A stretch of 64,000 bases of DNA from Squalus acanthias (taxonomy: Eukaryota): the NCBI GenBank assembly GCA_030390025.1, contig CM059425.1, forward strand, positions 176,702,001-176,766,000, in the 5' to 3' direction. Each line of letters opens with the position of its first letter. Within the stretch, counting starts at the first letter, position 1. This document shows, piece by piece, positions 52,166-64,000 of the stretch. The notes under the pieces are model-generated. The model was not told the DNA's origin and searched no databases. It saw nothing but the letters and a program-made list of their open reading frames with translations. The translations under genes were made by a program, and so were the position numbers.

Positions 52166-53903
52166 CATAAGAACATAAGAACATAAGAAATAGGAGCAGG
52201 CGTAGGCCATTCGGCCCTTCGAGCCTGCTCCGCCATTCAATGAGATCATGGCTGATCTTATGCCTCAACTCCATTCACTAGCCCTATCGCCATATCCCTT
52301 GATGCCCTTACTAGTCAGAAATCTATCGACTTCTGTTTTGAATATACCCAGTGACTGAGCCTCCACCGCCCTCTGGGGTAGAGAATTCCAAAGATTCACC
52401 ACCCTCTGTGTGAAGAAATTTCATCTCATCTCAGTCCTGAATGGCCTACCCTTTGGTCCCTGGTTCTAGACTCCCCAGCTAAGGGAAACATTCTCCCAGC
52501 ATCCATCCTATCAAGCCCTGTATTAATTTTGTATGCTTCAATGAGATCCCCTCTCATTCTTCTGAATTCAAGAGAATACAGGCCTAGTTTACTCAATCTC
52601 TTCTCATACGACAGTCCCGCCATCCCAGGAATCAATCTCGTGAACCTTCATTGCACTCCCTCTATGGCAAGTATATCCTTCCTTAGATAAGGAGACCAAA
52701 ATTGTACATCGTACTCCAGGTGTGGTCTCACCAAGGCTCTATATAACTGGAGTAAGACTTCTTTACTCCTGTACTCAAATCCTCTTGTAATGAAGGCCAG
52801 CATACCATTTGCCTTCCTAATGGCTTGCTGCACCTGCACATTCACTTTCAGTGACTCATGTACAAGGACAACCAGGACCCTTTGAGCATCTGCATTCCCC
52901 AATCTTTCACCATTTAGGAAATACTCTGCCTTTCTGTTTTTTCTACCAAAGTGGATAACTTCACATTTATCCACATTATATTCCATCTGCCATGTTCTCG
53001 CCCACTCACTGAGCCTGTCGAGATCCCCTTGAAGCCTCTTCACATCCTCTTTGCAACTGACACTGCCACCTAGCTTTGTATCATCAGCAAATTTGGAAAT
53101 GTTACATTTAGTCCCCTCATCCAAATCATTGATATAGATTGTGAATAGCTGGGGCCCAAGCACCGATCCTTGCGGTACCCCACTAGTCACAGCCTGCCAT
53201 CCTGAAAAAGACCCGTTTATCCCTACTCTTTGTTTTCTGTCTGTTAACCAATTCTCAATCCCTGCTAGTATATTACCCCCAATTCCATGTGCCCTAACTT
53301 TGTTCACCAAACTCTTGTGTGGGACCTTATCGAAGGCCTTCTGAAAATCCAGATAAACCACATCTACTGGTTCCTCTTTGTCTACTCCACTAGTTACATC
53401 CTCAAAGAACACCAATAGGTTTGTCAAACAGGATTTCCCTTTCATAAATCCATGTTGACTCTGCCCAATCTTACTATTAGTTTTTAAGTGCCCAGTTCGT
53501 GCATCCTTTATAATAGATTCCAGCATTTTCCCAACAACTGATGTGAGGCTAACAGGTCTGTAGTTCCCTGTTTTCTCTCTCACTCCTTTCTTAAATAGCG
53601 GGGTTACATTTGCTATCCTCCAATCTGCAGGAACCGTTCCAGAATCTATAGAATTTTGGAAGATGACAACCAATGCGTCCACTATTCCAATGGCCACCTC
53701 TTTCAAAACCCTAGGATGTAGGTCATCCGGTCCTTGGGATTTATCGACTTTTAGTCCCATTAATTTTGCTAGTACTGTTTTTTTACTAATAATAATTTCT
53801 TTAAGTTCCTCATTCTCGTCATAACCTTGGTTTTCTCGTATTTCTGGGAGGTTTTTTGTGTCTTCCTCCGTGAAGACAGAAACAAAGTATTTATTTAATT
53901 TCT
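52166..53903 (-). mobile_element. CR1 LINE, 1.7 kb ORF2 fragment with complete RT domain
   Basis: ORF 52648-53760: NYRPVSLTS, YLDFQKAFDKV, SGVPQGSVLGP and KFADD; tail (CATAAGAA)n on +. Confidence 0.96.
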
Positions 53904-54349
53904 CATGTGGCAGCCAGGGTGTACAGTGTCAAGTGAAGTAAATCTGGCCATGGTGAGGCCATCCCTGGTCTCCCGGACAGCAATGTGGTCGGGTGCCGAT
54001 GCCCTCTGTCCTGTGCAGCATCAGTTGATTGCGGAGAAGGTTGGTGTTGGTGTTGTTGTTGGTGCTGCTGGTGTGCTGGTGTTGGGGCTGATCGTGGTGG
54101 GATTCTGAGGACCAAGGTGAGATAGTTTCAAAGGCACTGATGTGATGTAATAGATGGCAGGTGAAGTTGGGATGACAGAAGTGATCTGTCAATGGTGAGA
54201 GAGGTTGTTCCAATGAGGTGACACTGGATACAGAGTTTGCTCCAAACATTTGCAAGCTGCATAAAGCTCAATCTGTCTTCCAAATGCAGTAAGCAACAGC
54301 TTCTGACCTTTGAAAGTGAACGGCTGTGAGATGGGAGCTTTTATAGCCC

Positions 54350-54693
54350 CTTGACATTCAACGGCATTACCATTACCAAATCCCCCACCATCAATATCCT
54401 GGGGCTCACCATTGACCAGAAACTTAACTGGGAACATGGGAACACCACCACCTCCAAGTTCCCCTCCAAGTCACACACCATCCTGACTTGGAAGTATATC
54501 GCCGTTCCTTCATCGTCGCTGGATCAAAATCCTGGAACTCCCTACCTAACAGCATTGTGGGAGTACCTTCACCGCACGGACTGCTGCAATTCAAGAAGGT
54601 GGCTCACCACCACCTTCTCAAGGGCAAATAGAGATGGGCAATAAATGCTGGCCTTGCCAGCAATTTCCACATCCCATAAAGGAATTTAAAAAA
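54350..54693 (+). mobile_element. LINE 3' fragment, same family as 19941-20378
   Basis: Shared 3' end caccaccttctc...gggcaataaatgctggccttgccag. Confidence 0.75.
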
Positions 54694-55582
54694 GCACATT
54701 TGCAGCTGTCAAGTGAAGAGATGGTGACACAACTCCTCACCTGCTTACCTGACGTGATCCCCGAGCAGCGTGGAACCTGCGGGCGACCTCATAAAATTTA
54801 AAGGTGGGCTCAAAATAGTTTTTAAGTTGCTGTTAACAAGCTCTTAATCACCTAAATTGCCTCCCCCACCACTTGGTGTCAGGTCTGTTCAGTGATGACA
54901 GACCCGACATCTGGGAAAGGGTTCCTAGCTGCTGTCAAAACATTTTTTTCCCACCCGACCCACCACCGAACGCACCCGCTGACCCCCGAAAAATTCCCCC
55001 CTAAGTGTGGTCTAACCAAAGTTCTATATAAGTTGGACATAATTTCTCTGCTTTTGACTTCTATTCCTCTAGAAATGAACACCAGTGCTTTGTTTGTACA
55101 TTTTATGGCTTTGTTAACCTGCATTGCTACTTTTAGTGATTTGTGTATCCGTACCCCTGGATCCCGTTCCTCCTCTGGTCTTTAGTTCCCTGGATTTGTT
55201 CTATCTCCCTTTTTGAATATAGGAATAACATTAGCTGCCCACCAGTCCTCTGGCACTATTGCTTTTCTATTGAATTTGATATATATCTATATATATATAA
55301 ATATATAATGCCTGTGCTCACTCTTCCCCATTACCAAGGTTAAACTGACTAATTTTTTTTTACTGCTTTCCTCATCGCTTCTTTTGTCATCATCTCCTTT
55401 ATTGTCGATGTAGTTAGTGTATGCCTTTTTCTTTCAATTTTTACCCTTATCTCTTTATACATCCACGGTGTCTTATATATTGAATAAAGTAACATAAATA
55501 ACATCACAAAGTGTTTAATATTAATATTAAAAAGATTGAATCATCAGATAATTTGAATTAAGCAGCTTGATTTAAAAATAGA

Positions 55583-56451
55583 GGGGGAAAAATTCAGTTG
55601 GTTGCGCCTCCCGTTAGCGCCTTAAGAGGGCGCTAATGGGGCGCAAAGCAACTAGTGCCCGGGCGCGGCGATGTTTGCACCGCTTGCGAAATTAACGAGA
55701 CATTTTGCGGCGGCGCTGGCAGATCGTGACATCAGTCGAGTGCGCAACACCCCGGTAGTGCCCCGGAGCAAATATTGAGTGGCGCCCCCTGCCTTACCAC
55801 CTGCCGCTAGCAACGACAGGTTGAGGGGAGCGTTTTGCAGTCAGGAAGGGACTGGGGAAGCGCTATTTAAAGGCGACCGCTTCCTGCCTTTTATTGTTGG
55901 TGACATTTTTGAACCACGCATTCTGAGAGAGAGAGAGAGAGAGAGACTTCTGGAGAGATTCAACGCTGTGTGAAGGAGTTTTGGGTACTGAGCAGCACTT
56001 TGCAGGTTCATTTCGATTTGCCCTTCCTTGTATCGATTTAGAAGAGACTGTGGGGGCTGCACTCTGAGCTCTTTCCCTGGTACTCTCCATTGTTCTTTCC
56101 AGCAGATTTGATGTACAGGTCTCTCCAGGCCGAGATTCAAGGCTGCAATGAGCAGGATGTGGATGGAAAGCAAGATCAACCCTCCCCTTTAAGAACTGGC
56201 CGGCGCCATTGTGTGTGTGTTCCATTGCTGACTGACATCACATGAGCTTCGCCAGCGCTCTGAGGTAGCGCCTCGCTCCTCGGCCTTTGCGCCTTAAGAC
56301 AGGTGTGAAGCGCCTGATTTAGCGCTCCAATCACCTCCAGGGGCGATAAAAGTCAAGTTTGCAGTCGGAGGCGATAATTAGCGCCAGGCGCTAATCTTTG
56401 CGCCCGGCCGATAATTGTGCCCCAAATGGGGCGATACTGAATTTCTCCCCC
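55583..56451 (-). mobile_element. MITE derived from the Harbinger A family, copy 2
   Basis: Reverse complement of 12356-13250; TSD AGA. Confidence 0.95.
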
Positions 56452-57296
56452 AGACTGTTTTAGGAATCTGTATTAAAGGAAATTGAAAACTACAAAGAAC
56501 CAAACCAAATAAATTAGAATGGTCTCCAGCTTAAAAAATCTCTTTGAAAAGCAGTATAATAATTTTCAGCTGCTGCATCTAACACTTTCTGTTATAACTT
56601 GAGGAAGAAGTTCTCAGGTCTCCATGGAAACTAAGCGTCAAATTTTCTGAAATTACATTCCAGTTCCAGCTACGGTCACAATGAAGCCTGTGGAAATATG
56701 AGCTACATGGGACTAACACCACAAGGGCAGCCTCTCCAGATGTTACAGTACTTAACCAAACTGTAAGGGCTGGATTTTGAATGACCCGTGGAGTCGGGTT
56801 TGGAGGCATGTGGGGGGTTAAAGTTGCAGATTCGGGGGTCCCGACCCCATCCCGACTCCAACACGCCTCCACGCAATTTTGACAAAATTGGTCGCAGGGT
56901 TTCCGACTCCCTCCCGCCTCCAAGAGGCGGGAGAGGCCATTAAAGCCCTTAACAAGCCCTAAATTGGCTCTGTAATGCCATTTTGAAGCATTTTAGGTTG
57001 TTTAACCCTTTTCCCACGTGAAGCACGCCTGATGGGAAACACTCCAGTGAAACCTGGCGGGAGCACAAGTGGATTGCTGACTCTCAGCTGCAGCTCAACC
57101 TTTAAATAGGAGATTTGATCAGCCATCAATTGCAGGTGGCAGGACTTTGTTGTCACAGGTCTGGGGGAACTTTTAGAAGGCATAACCACAGCTCTGGAAG
57201 TTTGGAGCCTGACACCCATCTGCAGTGTGACCTCCTGGGAAACCCCTCTCGCCACCCTCATTGTGGGCTTCCTCAACTGAGACATATACCAGAGGC

Positions 57297-58535
57297 ATGA
57301 GAGCCATTTATTTCCTTCCCTCCTGGGTATCCGATGAGGAGGAACAACAGCCGCAGCACCAGCAGAACCATGAACAACAGCACCACCAACAGCAGCAGCA
57401 ACAGCAGGAGCGCCAAGCTGCTGCTCACCCACCTGAAACTGCACAGGACAGAAGGAGCCAGCGCATGGAAGGCCGTCGGCGCAGGAGATACCCCCCAACC
57501 AGGGTCTACAGACAGAGGGTCAGCTACCTCAACATGTCTGAGCAGCAGTGCCAAAGGCGGCTCCGACTTTCGCGAGAGGTAGTGGGTGACATCTGCGCAA
57601 TGCTGCAACAAGACATGGAGCCCAGAGGACCAGGTGAACGCCCCTTACCAGTGGCCGTCAAAGTCACCACCGCACTCAACTTTTTTGCCTCAGGCTCATT
57701 CCAGGGATCAGCAGCAGACATCTGCGGCATCTCCCAGGCGGCCGCACACACTTGCATCACGCAGGTAACCGATGCCCTCTTTGCCATCGCGCACAATCAC
57801 ATCCATTTCACCAAGGATCGAGCAAGTGTCACAGCGCGTGCGGTTGGATTAGCTAATCTGGCAGGCTTTCCAAGGGTGCAGGGCGTCGTTGACTGCACAC
57901 ATGTGGCCCTTAAGGCACCCCATCGCAATCCAGGTATTTTTGTCAACCGCAAGGGCTTCCACTCCCTCAACGTTCAGCTGGTGTGTGACCACAACAAGGA
58001 AGTTCTGCATGTTTGTGCCAAGTACCCTGGCAGTTGCCATGACTCCTTCATACTGCGCCAGTCTAGTGTGCCTCCGCTGTTCAGTCCGCCAGACCAACTT
58101 CACGGATGGCTACTTGGAGACAAGGGCTATCCCCTGAGGACGTGGCTAATGACGCCGTTGAGGAGCCCATCCAACGCAGCTGAGGAGAGCTACAACTCCA
58201 GCCACATTTCCACCAGAGCCATAATCGAGTAAACCATCGGTATGCTGAAGATGCGCTTCAGATGCCTGGATAGATCAGGTGGAGCCCTGCAATACTCAGC
58301 AGCCAGGGTCTCCAGAATCGTTGTGGTTTGCTGTGCACTTCACAACATGGCACAGCGTCGTGGCTTACAGATGCTGGAGGACCAAGTGGCTCCTCACATA
58401 GCCTCCTCAGATGAGGAGGAGGAGGAGAGAGAGAACGAACAACTTGCAGAGGCCCCTCAACCAACGGCAGCATTACGCGAGACCATAGCTGCCCGGAATG
58501 CAAGGAACGCACTCATCTTGGCCAGATTTGCTTAG
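57297..58535 (+). pseudogene. Harbinger C transposase, intact except for one stop at 58230-58232
   Basis: VVDCTHV, GDKGYP, AIIE*TIG and CCALHN; the two ORFs share a frame; poly-Gln N-terminus. Confidence 0.93.
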
Positions 58536-58793
58536 CCTAGACAAGAAAGCACTTTTGCCTCGCAGCTTCTTACCAGAGCTACGACAATGGCCCAGACCCA
58601 GCGGATCCCTAACAATGTGACCACCATACTGACAATTGCAAGTTATCCTAAGGCCTCATTGTGGAAGTCCCATTAGCGAAATGACAGACGCCACAACTGC
58701 AGCTGTAGCCATCAGAGTTTTTATTTAAACTTTAGACCTGATGGCTTTTTTCACAATACACATCAAAATTCACCCAAGTGACTACCCTTGTGA

Positions 58794-60716
58794 CTATTTG
58801 TGCAGTTTCTTTCTCTTACGCGTGCTCCTACGTGGTGCTTCCCCTGTGGCTTCAGCAGAAGTGTAGGCCCCCTGCTCACTTTGTTGCTGCTCCTGTCTCG
58901 ACTCCTTTGGCGGGCGTCCTCTGGGGTTGCGAACCTGAGAGGGCTCGGCAACAGTCTGCTGCTCCTGCAGCTGGGCAGGGGTTGAGATGCCGATCTCACT
59001 TGGGTGCAGACTCTGGTGGGGCTTTGAGCGAGGACCTGTCAGTGGCATGGAAGTGTGAGCGTTTGGAGAGGAGCCCCCACCTCCTTGTTGTGTGCCACCA
59101 ACATCTCTCTCATGGGTCAGGTCCACCTTAGCGCTTGCAAGGAGCTTGAGAGCACCTTGCTGCACATCAGGGGGGCCATGGGGACCTGTATCTGCACTGG
59201 AAGTCCTACTCAGAAGGACTTCCATGAAGGTCTGGTTTCTCTGTTCAATAGATGCCTATCGCTCCTCCAGAGATGTCATTCTATTCAGAACACTCACCAT
59301 GTTTGCTGCACTCTGGCGACTTATCACCTCCATGGAGGTTGCCATCCTTTCCATGGTGACACGTTCATGCGCCAATGACTCCACAAAGGCTCTGCTCATG
59401 TTCGCTATGGACTCCTCCATTCGCTCCACACTCGCAGCGACCCTGGAGACAAAACCTGTCAGAGACTCCTGCATCTGTTCCTGAAGTCCCAGCACCGCTG
59501 ATCTTATGGATGGACCCAGAGGCAGAGGGTCGACATGCAGCTGAGCCGAGCTAGGAGAGTCCTGCGCCCTCCAACTAGGACTCTCCACTGCTGTCCCTGT
59601 CTCCACCATCTGCTGATGCTCACTTGTGAGCTATGATACACCAGGTGACAACACTACTCTATGTCCCGAGGGTCCCACCGAGGTGTGAGTGTCTGCACTG
59701 GTGCTGGGTGCGCTGAGTTCTGCTGACGCTGTGCCCTCAGAGGTTGCAGCTTCCTCTGAGGAGTCTGTCTGCTCAGGCTGTTCCTCCTGGCTAGTGGGGA
59801 CGGGTGCTTGCGATGGTCCTGTGGGGGAGTAAAGGAAAGAGTCAGAGATGTGATGCCAAGGTTACATGCACATTGCATATTGCAGATGATCATAAATCCA
59901 TCTATTAGAGCTTCAGATTCATTATCAGCGACTCATGCAATGTCAATGAGAGAGATGGAACACTATTCAGTCACCAGCTTGCTCTGATGCACCCGTCTGT
60001 CCGTCCCCCACTTGCGTTTCCTCCTCTACGCCCACGATCTCCAGGACCGTATCCTCCCAGGGGGTGAGCTGGGCTACTGAGGGTGGCCCTCCTCCTGTCC
60101 TGGCTCTTTCCCTTTTATTGTGAGCTCTCTTTTCCTGCAATGAAGGAGACAAGTGGAGTTTGTGTGAGATTGAAGGAGTGAGTGTAGAGAATCCATAGCA
60201 TAGATGCTTAGAAGGAGACAAAGATGGATTGAGCTAGCGAGACTAAGGGCCCTCCCTGTGTGTTGTAAGTTGTTTTCAAAGCATGACAGTGATAGGGAGT
60301 GTGAGGGCTGCATAGTCGAATAGTAAGGTGAATGTGACCATAGAGGGAGAGGGAATGGGTAAGGGTGCATGGATGTCAGTGTCAAGTGGGATATGGAGGA
60401 AGAGGTTGCTAAAGCTGAGTGCTGGTGAGGAGAGGCAATGGGGATCAGATTGAGGGTGAAGGGAAAGTCATACTCACTTTAGCAGTACGTAGAAGGTCAT
60501 GAAACCTCTTCCTGCACTGGATCCAGGTTCTGCATGTGAATGATAAAGAGGTGACCTCCTGGGCGATCTGGACCCACACAGCCTTCGTCTGCTGGGAGGC
60601 TTCTTCCTCCCTGAGGAGGGGAAGAGCACCTCCCTGTTGGCTCTTGCTCCATCCACCAAAGCCTGAAGGGCAACGTCATCGAACCTGGGAGCAGCCCTGG
60701 GCCGTTGGCTGGCCAT
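58794..60716 (-). pseudogene. Harbinger C Myb-like gene, exons 60716-60478, 60134-59975 and 59818-58794
   Basis: MASQRPRAAPRFDDVALQALV; EKRAHNKRERARTGGGPP; GT/AG sites; basic tail RRSTRKRKK; frameshift and stops present. Confidence 0.85.
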
Positions 60717-61225
60717 TCCTGCTGCAGGTGCTTAGATTAGAGGTCCAAAAGCTTGGCAGCCTGCAGAGGAAGCAAGGCTTGTTGCAGACCTTAAATGCAG
60801 CAGCAATGATGACGTAATCGGAGGCGACTTTCAGACTGGAATAACTCATTGGCCATGGGTTCCCACATGTTGGAACTCAATTGGCCAATTAAGTTAAAAT
60901 CGCATCATTCATCCACATTAATCTGGAGTCGGGGGGGCAACACGAAGTGCGGGTAACCCGACCCCAACCCGACCCCAAGACAAAATCCAGCCCTAAGATT
61001 TTAAGATTGTGGAGCAGTTTTGCACCAGAGATGAGATGCAATTTAACTTGGTGAATGAAGGTTTTTAACGGTTCTGCTGAGCACTGACAGTAACCAGGAA
61101 TTCGCCCCTGCAACAGAATCACTTTCGTCCTTCACCCCACCCAATTTAGCAGAGTCTCTCTTTCTTCCCCACCTCAACTTTCTTTATAAAAAAAATTGTG
61201 GTTCCTGAGAGTAGAGAGAGATAAA

Positions 61226-62117
61226 GGGGGAAAAATTCAGTCGCGCCCCGTTTGGGGCGCAAATATCGTCCGGGCGCAAAGATTAGCGCCTGGCGCTAAT
61301 TATCGCCACTGACTGGAAACTTCACTTTTAACGCCCCGGGAGGTGATTGGAGCGCTAAATCAGGCGCTGCACACCTGTCTTAAGGCGCAAAGGCCGAGGA
61401 GTGAGGCGCTAACTCAGAGCGCTGGCGAAGCTCATGTAATGTCAGTCAGCAATGGAACACACACACAATGGCACGGGCCAGTTCTTAAAGGGGATGGTTG
61501 ATCTTGCTTTCCATCCACATCCTGCTCATTGCAGCCTTGAATCTCGGCCTGGAGAGACCTGCACATCAAATCTGCTGGAAAGAACAATGGAGAGTACCAG
61601 GCAAAGAGCTCAGAGTGCAGCCCCCACAGTCTCTTCTAAATCGATACAAGGAATGGCAAATCAAAATGAACCTGCAAAGTGCTGCTCAGTACCCAAAACT
61701 CCTTCACACAACGTTGAATCTCTCCAGAAGTCTCTTTCACTCTCTCTCAGAATGCATAGTTCAAAAATGGCACCAACAATAAAAGGCAGGAAGCGGTCAC
61801 CTTTAAATAGCGCTCCCCCTTTCCCTTCATGACAGAAGAACGCTCCTATCAACCTGTCGTTGCTAGCGTCAGGCGGTAAGGCAGGGGGCGCCACTCAATA
61901 TCCGCTCCGGGGCGATACCGGGGCGTTGCACACTCGTCTGACGTCACGATCTGCCGGCGCAGGAGATCGTGGCGGTAGTGTTTAGCGCCGCCGCAAAATG
62001 TCTAGTTAATTTCGCGAGCGGCGCAAACTTCGCCGCGCCCGGGCGCTAGCTGCTTTGCGCCCCATTAGCGCCCTCTTAAGGCGCTAACGGGAGGGGAACC
62101 AACTGAATTTTTCCCCC
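61226..62117 (+). mobile_element. MITE derived from the Harbinger A family, copy 3
   Basis: TIR GGGGGAAAAATTCAG, TSD AAA, same internal junction as copies 1 and 2. Confidence 0.95.
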
Positions 62118-63146
62118 AAAGAGTAGAAGTGAGGAATAAGAGAGGAGGGAAAAAAAGAGAAGTAATGCTAAATAACATTTAAATTACCAGTTGGAAAAGA
62201 ATAAAACACAAGCATTGAACCAATAGGGAAGAAAAAGATTAACAGACTTCATGGTCATAAGACACCATAATATATGATAAAAATTAATCTCTCCCCCCTT
62301 TCACCAAAGTAGGAATGTATTCCAATAAATAGGAGATACCAGAGAAATTGGTAGAAAACAGATTAAATTTGTTCTCTCCTCACAAAAGCCTCTCCTTGTG
62401 ATTTATGGACATGAATCTGTCCTTAGACTCCTGCTGAAAAGCAAGACAATTTATACATGTTTGTCATAACTGAGCAAAAGGACAATTGGAAGTCTCAACT
62501 ATATGCTGAGATATTAATTACATACTGCTATCATTTTTAGAATTCATTTAAAATATATTTGTAATTACTAATGCTTGAATCAACGAGTTGATTTGATAGG
62601 ATTTTATTCTGAACGTCAAAATCACTAGCCAATTAGAAAAAGTGGTTCATGTGCAAAAATTCAGGGAAATACTGTTAATAATAAATAGTAACAAAATAAT
62701 GATTAAACTGGACTTTCACCAGCAATTTATTTCCACTGGTGATAGTTTAAAAAGATTCCATATTAAATGGATTGACTGTATAGATTCCACTCTAAATTAA
62801 GTAAATGTTTTTCAATTTGTTCAAAGGGTCACCTGTTGGCTTCTAATACTAGATAAGTCTAGTTGTATATGAACAGCAATGGAAAATATCATATTCATGA
62901 TAGCAATGTGCCTGGATTTGCTTATACAATTCTGGACACTGCTCTGAGCCTTCTTGTAGATGTTTTAGTTGCTCTCACCAGTGTGGTGGGTCATGCAATC
63001 CATGACCCATTGTTTTCTGGCCACTTTAATCTCAATATAATAATTACTGAAGTTTGTCTTTTCAATACCAAGGCATTACTTAAGGTTGTGATGAAAGATC
63101 ATCGATCTGAAATGTTAATTCTGTTTCTCTTTCCACAGATGCTGCC

Positions 63147-63460
63147 TCTTATCTGCGCCCCTCCAATTCTGGCCTCTTGCGCATCCTTGATTTTAATCGC
63201 TTCACCGTTGGGGGCCATACCTTCGGCTGCATAGGCCCTAAGCTCTGGAATTCCCTTCCTAAACCTCTCCGCCTCTCTACCTCTTTCTCCTCCTTCAAGA
63301 TGCTCTTTAAAACCTTCCTCTTTGACCAAACTTTTGGTCACCGAATATCTCCTTATGTGGCTTGGTATCAGATTTTGTCTGGTGATGTTCCTGTGAAGCA
63401 TCTTGGGATGTTTTACTACGTTAAAGGCGCTATATAAATACAAGTTGTTGTTGTTGTTGT
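63147..63460 (+). mobile_element. L2-like LINE 3' end with (GTT)n tail, inserted in a Penelope-like palindrome remnant
   Basis: GGHTF...GPKLWNSLP...FKMLFKTFLF; aaaggcgctatataaat 3' end; the host element resumes with ccagcatttt. Confidence 0.75.
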
Positions 63461-64000
63461 TCCCAGCATTTTATTTCTTTATTTAATTACGTAAGGTATT
63501 GTCTGAAATGGATGTCATCAGGGTATCCCTAATCGACCTGTTAATGCTTTCCTGATTAATCCCTCAGTCTTCCACAATATGGCTCTTTCTATATAATGTG
63601 TTTGACTTTCTTTTTTGGAATATAACATGCTGTCCATGTTTTATTTGTAAATCTGTTATATGTGCCTGTGTAATTATATATTAATTGATACCTCAAGCTC
63701 ACAGTAAAATGTCCAATAGTAAAGAAAATGAAGTATTTCCCTATGCGTGTAGGGAGTATCTGCTCTCTGCTTAGATACGCTTGTGGTTTTGAAAGTTATT
63801 TTGCCTCCAGTATGACTGAGCTGTATTTTATTGAATTACCACCACTACAAGAATTGCAACCGGATGTTTCATAACAAATTCCTCTACTGTTCACAATTGG
63901 TGTAAATGTCTTTCCTCTCCACTTGCTGTAGCAATGTACCAGCCCTGATTACCCTATACCAGCTCCTTGACAGTAGTTGCTAGTTTAGGAATTTATTTAG

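Larger units (their letters stand above)
51200..55001. mobile_element. Degenerate Harbinger D with nested LINEs
   Basis: TSD TAA; Myb remnant (APRLSQDSL...ARREVLFP...AAWLHIAQE) on +; Gln-rich transposase 5' remnant at 53905-54110 on -. Confidence 0.75.
50645..55180 (-). mobile_element. CR1 fragment split by a Harbinger insertion (parts 50645-51199 and 55002-55180)
   Basis: Removing 51200-55001 and one TAA restores LVRPHLECCAQFWSPY. Confidence 0.8.
56767..60993. mobile_element. PIF/Harbinger transposon C (4.2 kb)
   Basis: Perfect 13-bp TIR GGGCTGGATTTTG, TSD TAA, transposase on +, Myb-like gene on -. Confidence 0.96.

Noticed and set aside
57261..58535. Domesticated host gene HARBI1
   Set aside because: Bounded by TIRs and a TSD, paired with a Myb-like gene, has a stop, and has several paralogues in the window.

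Overview
Eukaryotic, repeat-dominated vertebrate DNA. The repeat repertoire suggests a cartilaginous fish (inference), and no host gene is securely identifiable. The window holds three near-full-length two-gene PIF/Harbinger transposons (3892-8220, 21240-33330, 56767-60993), each with a DDE transposase and a convergent three-exon Myb/SANT-like gene. Three clonal ~0.9 kb MITEs derive from the first element, and several other MITE families are present. It also holds many 5'-truncated CR1 LINEs, SINEs, Penelope-like palindromes with hammerhead-like cores, and a 49-bp minisatellite built from CR1 coding sequence. The most unusual object is a young 7.8 kb non-autonomous endogenous retrovirus (23074-30897) nested in the second Harbinger. 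It has ~99% identical LTRs, a tRNA-Gln PBS, a deletion-fused gag-pro mini-ORF and a gamma/epsilon-type env broken only by one stop just before the furin site. It also carries apparent relics of a second, unrelated retrovirus (an NGFW-type RT fragment, a second envelope-like tail and an internal PPT). Family assignments rest on motif recognition by eye; no searches were run.
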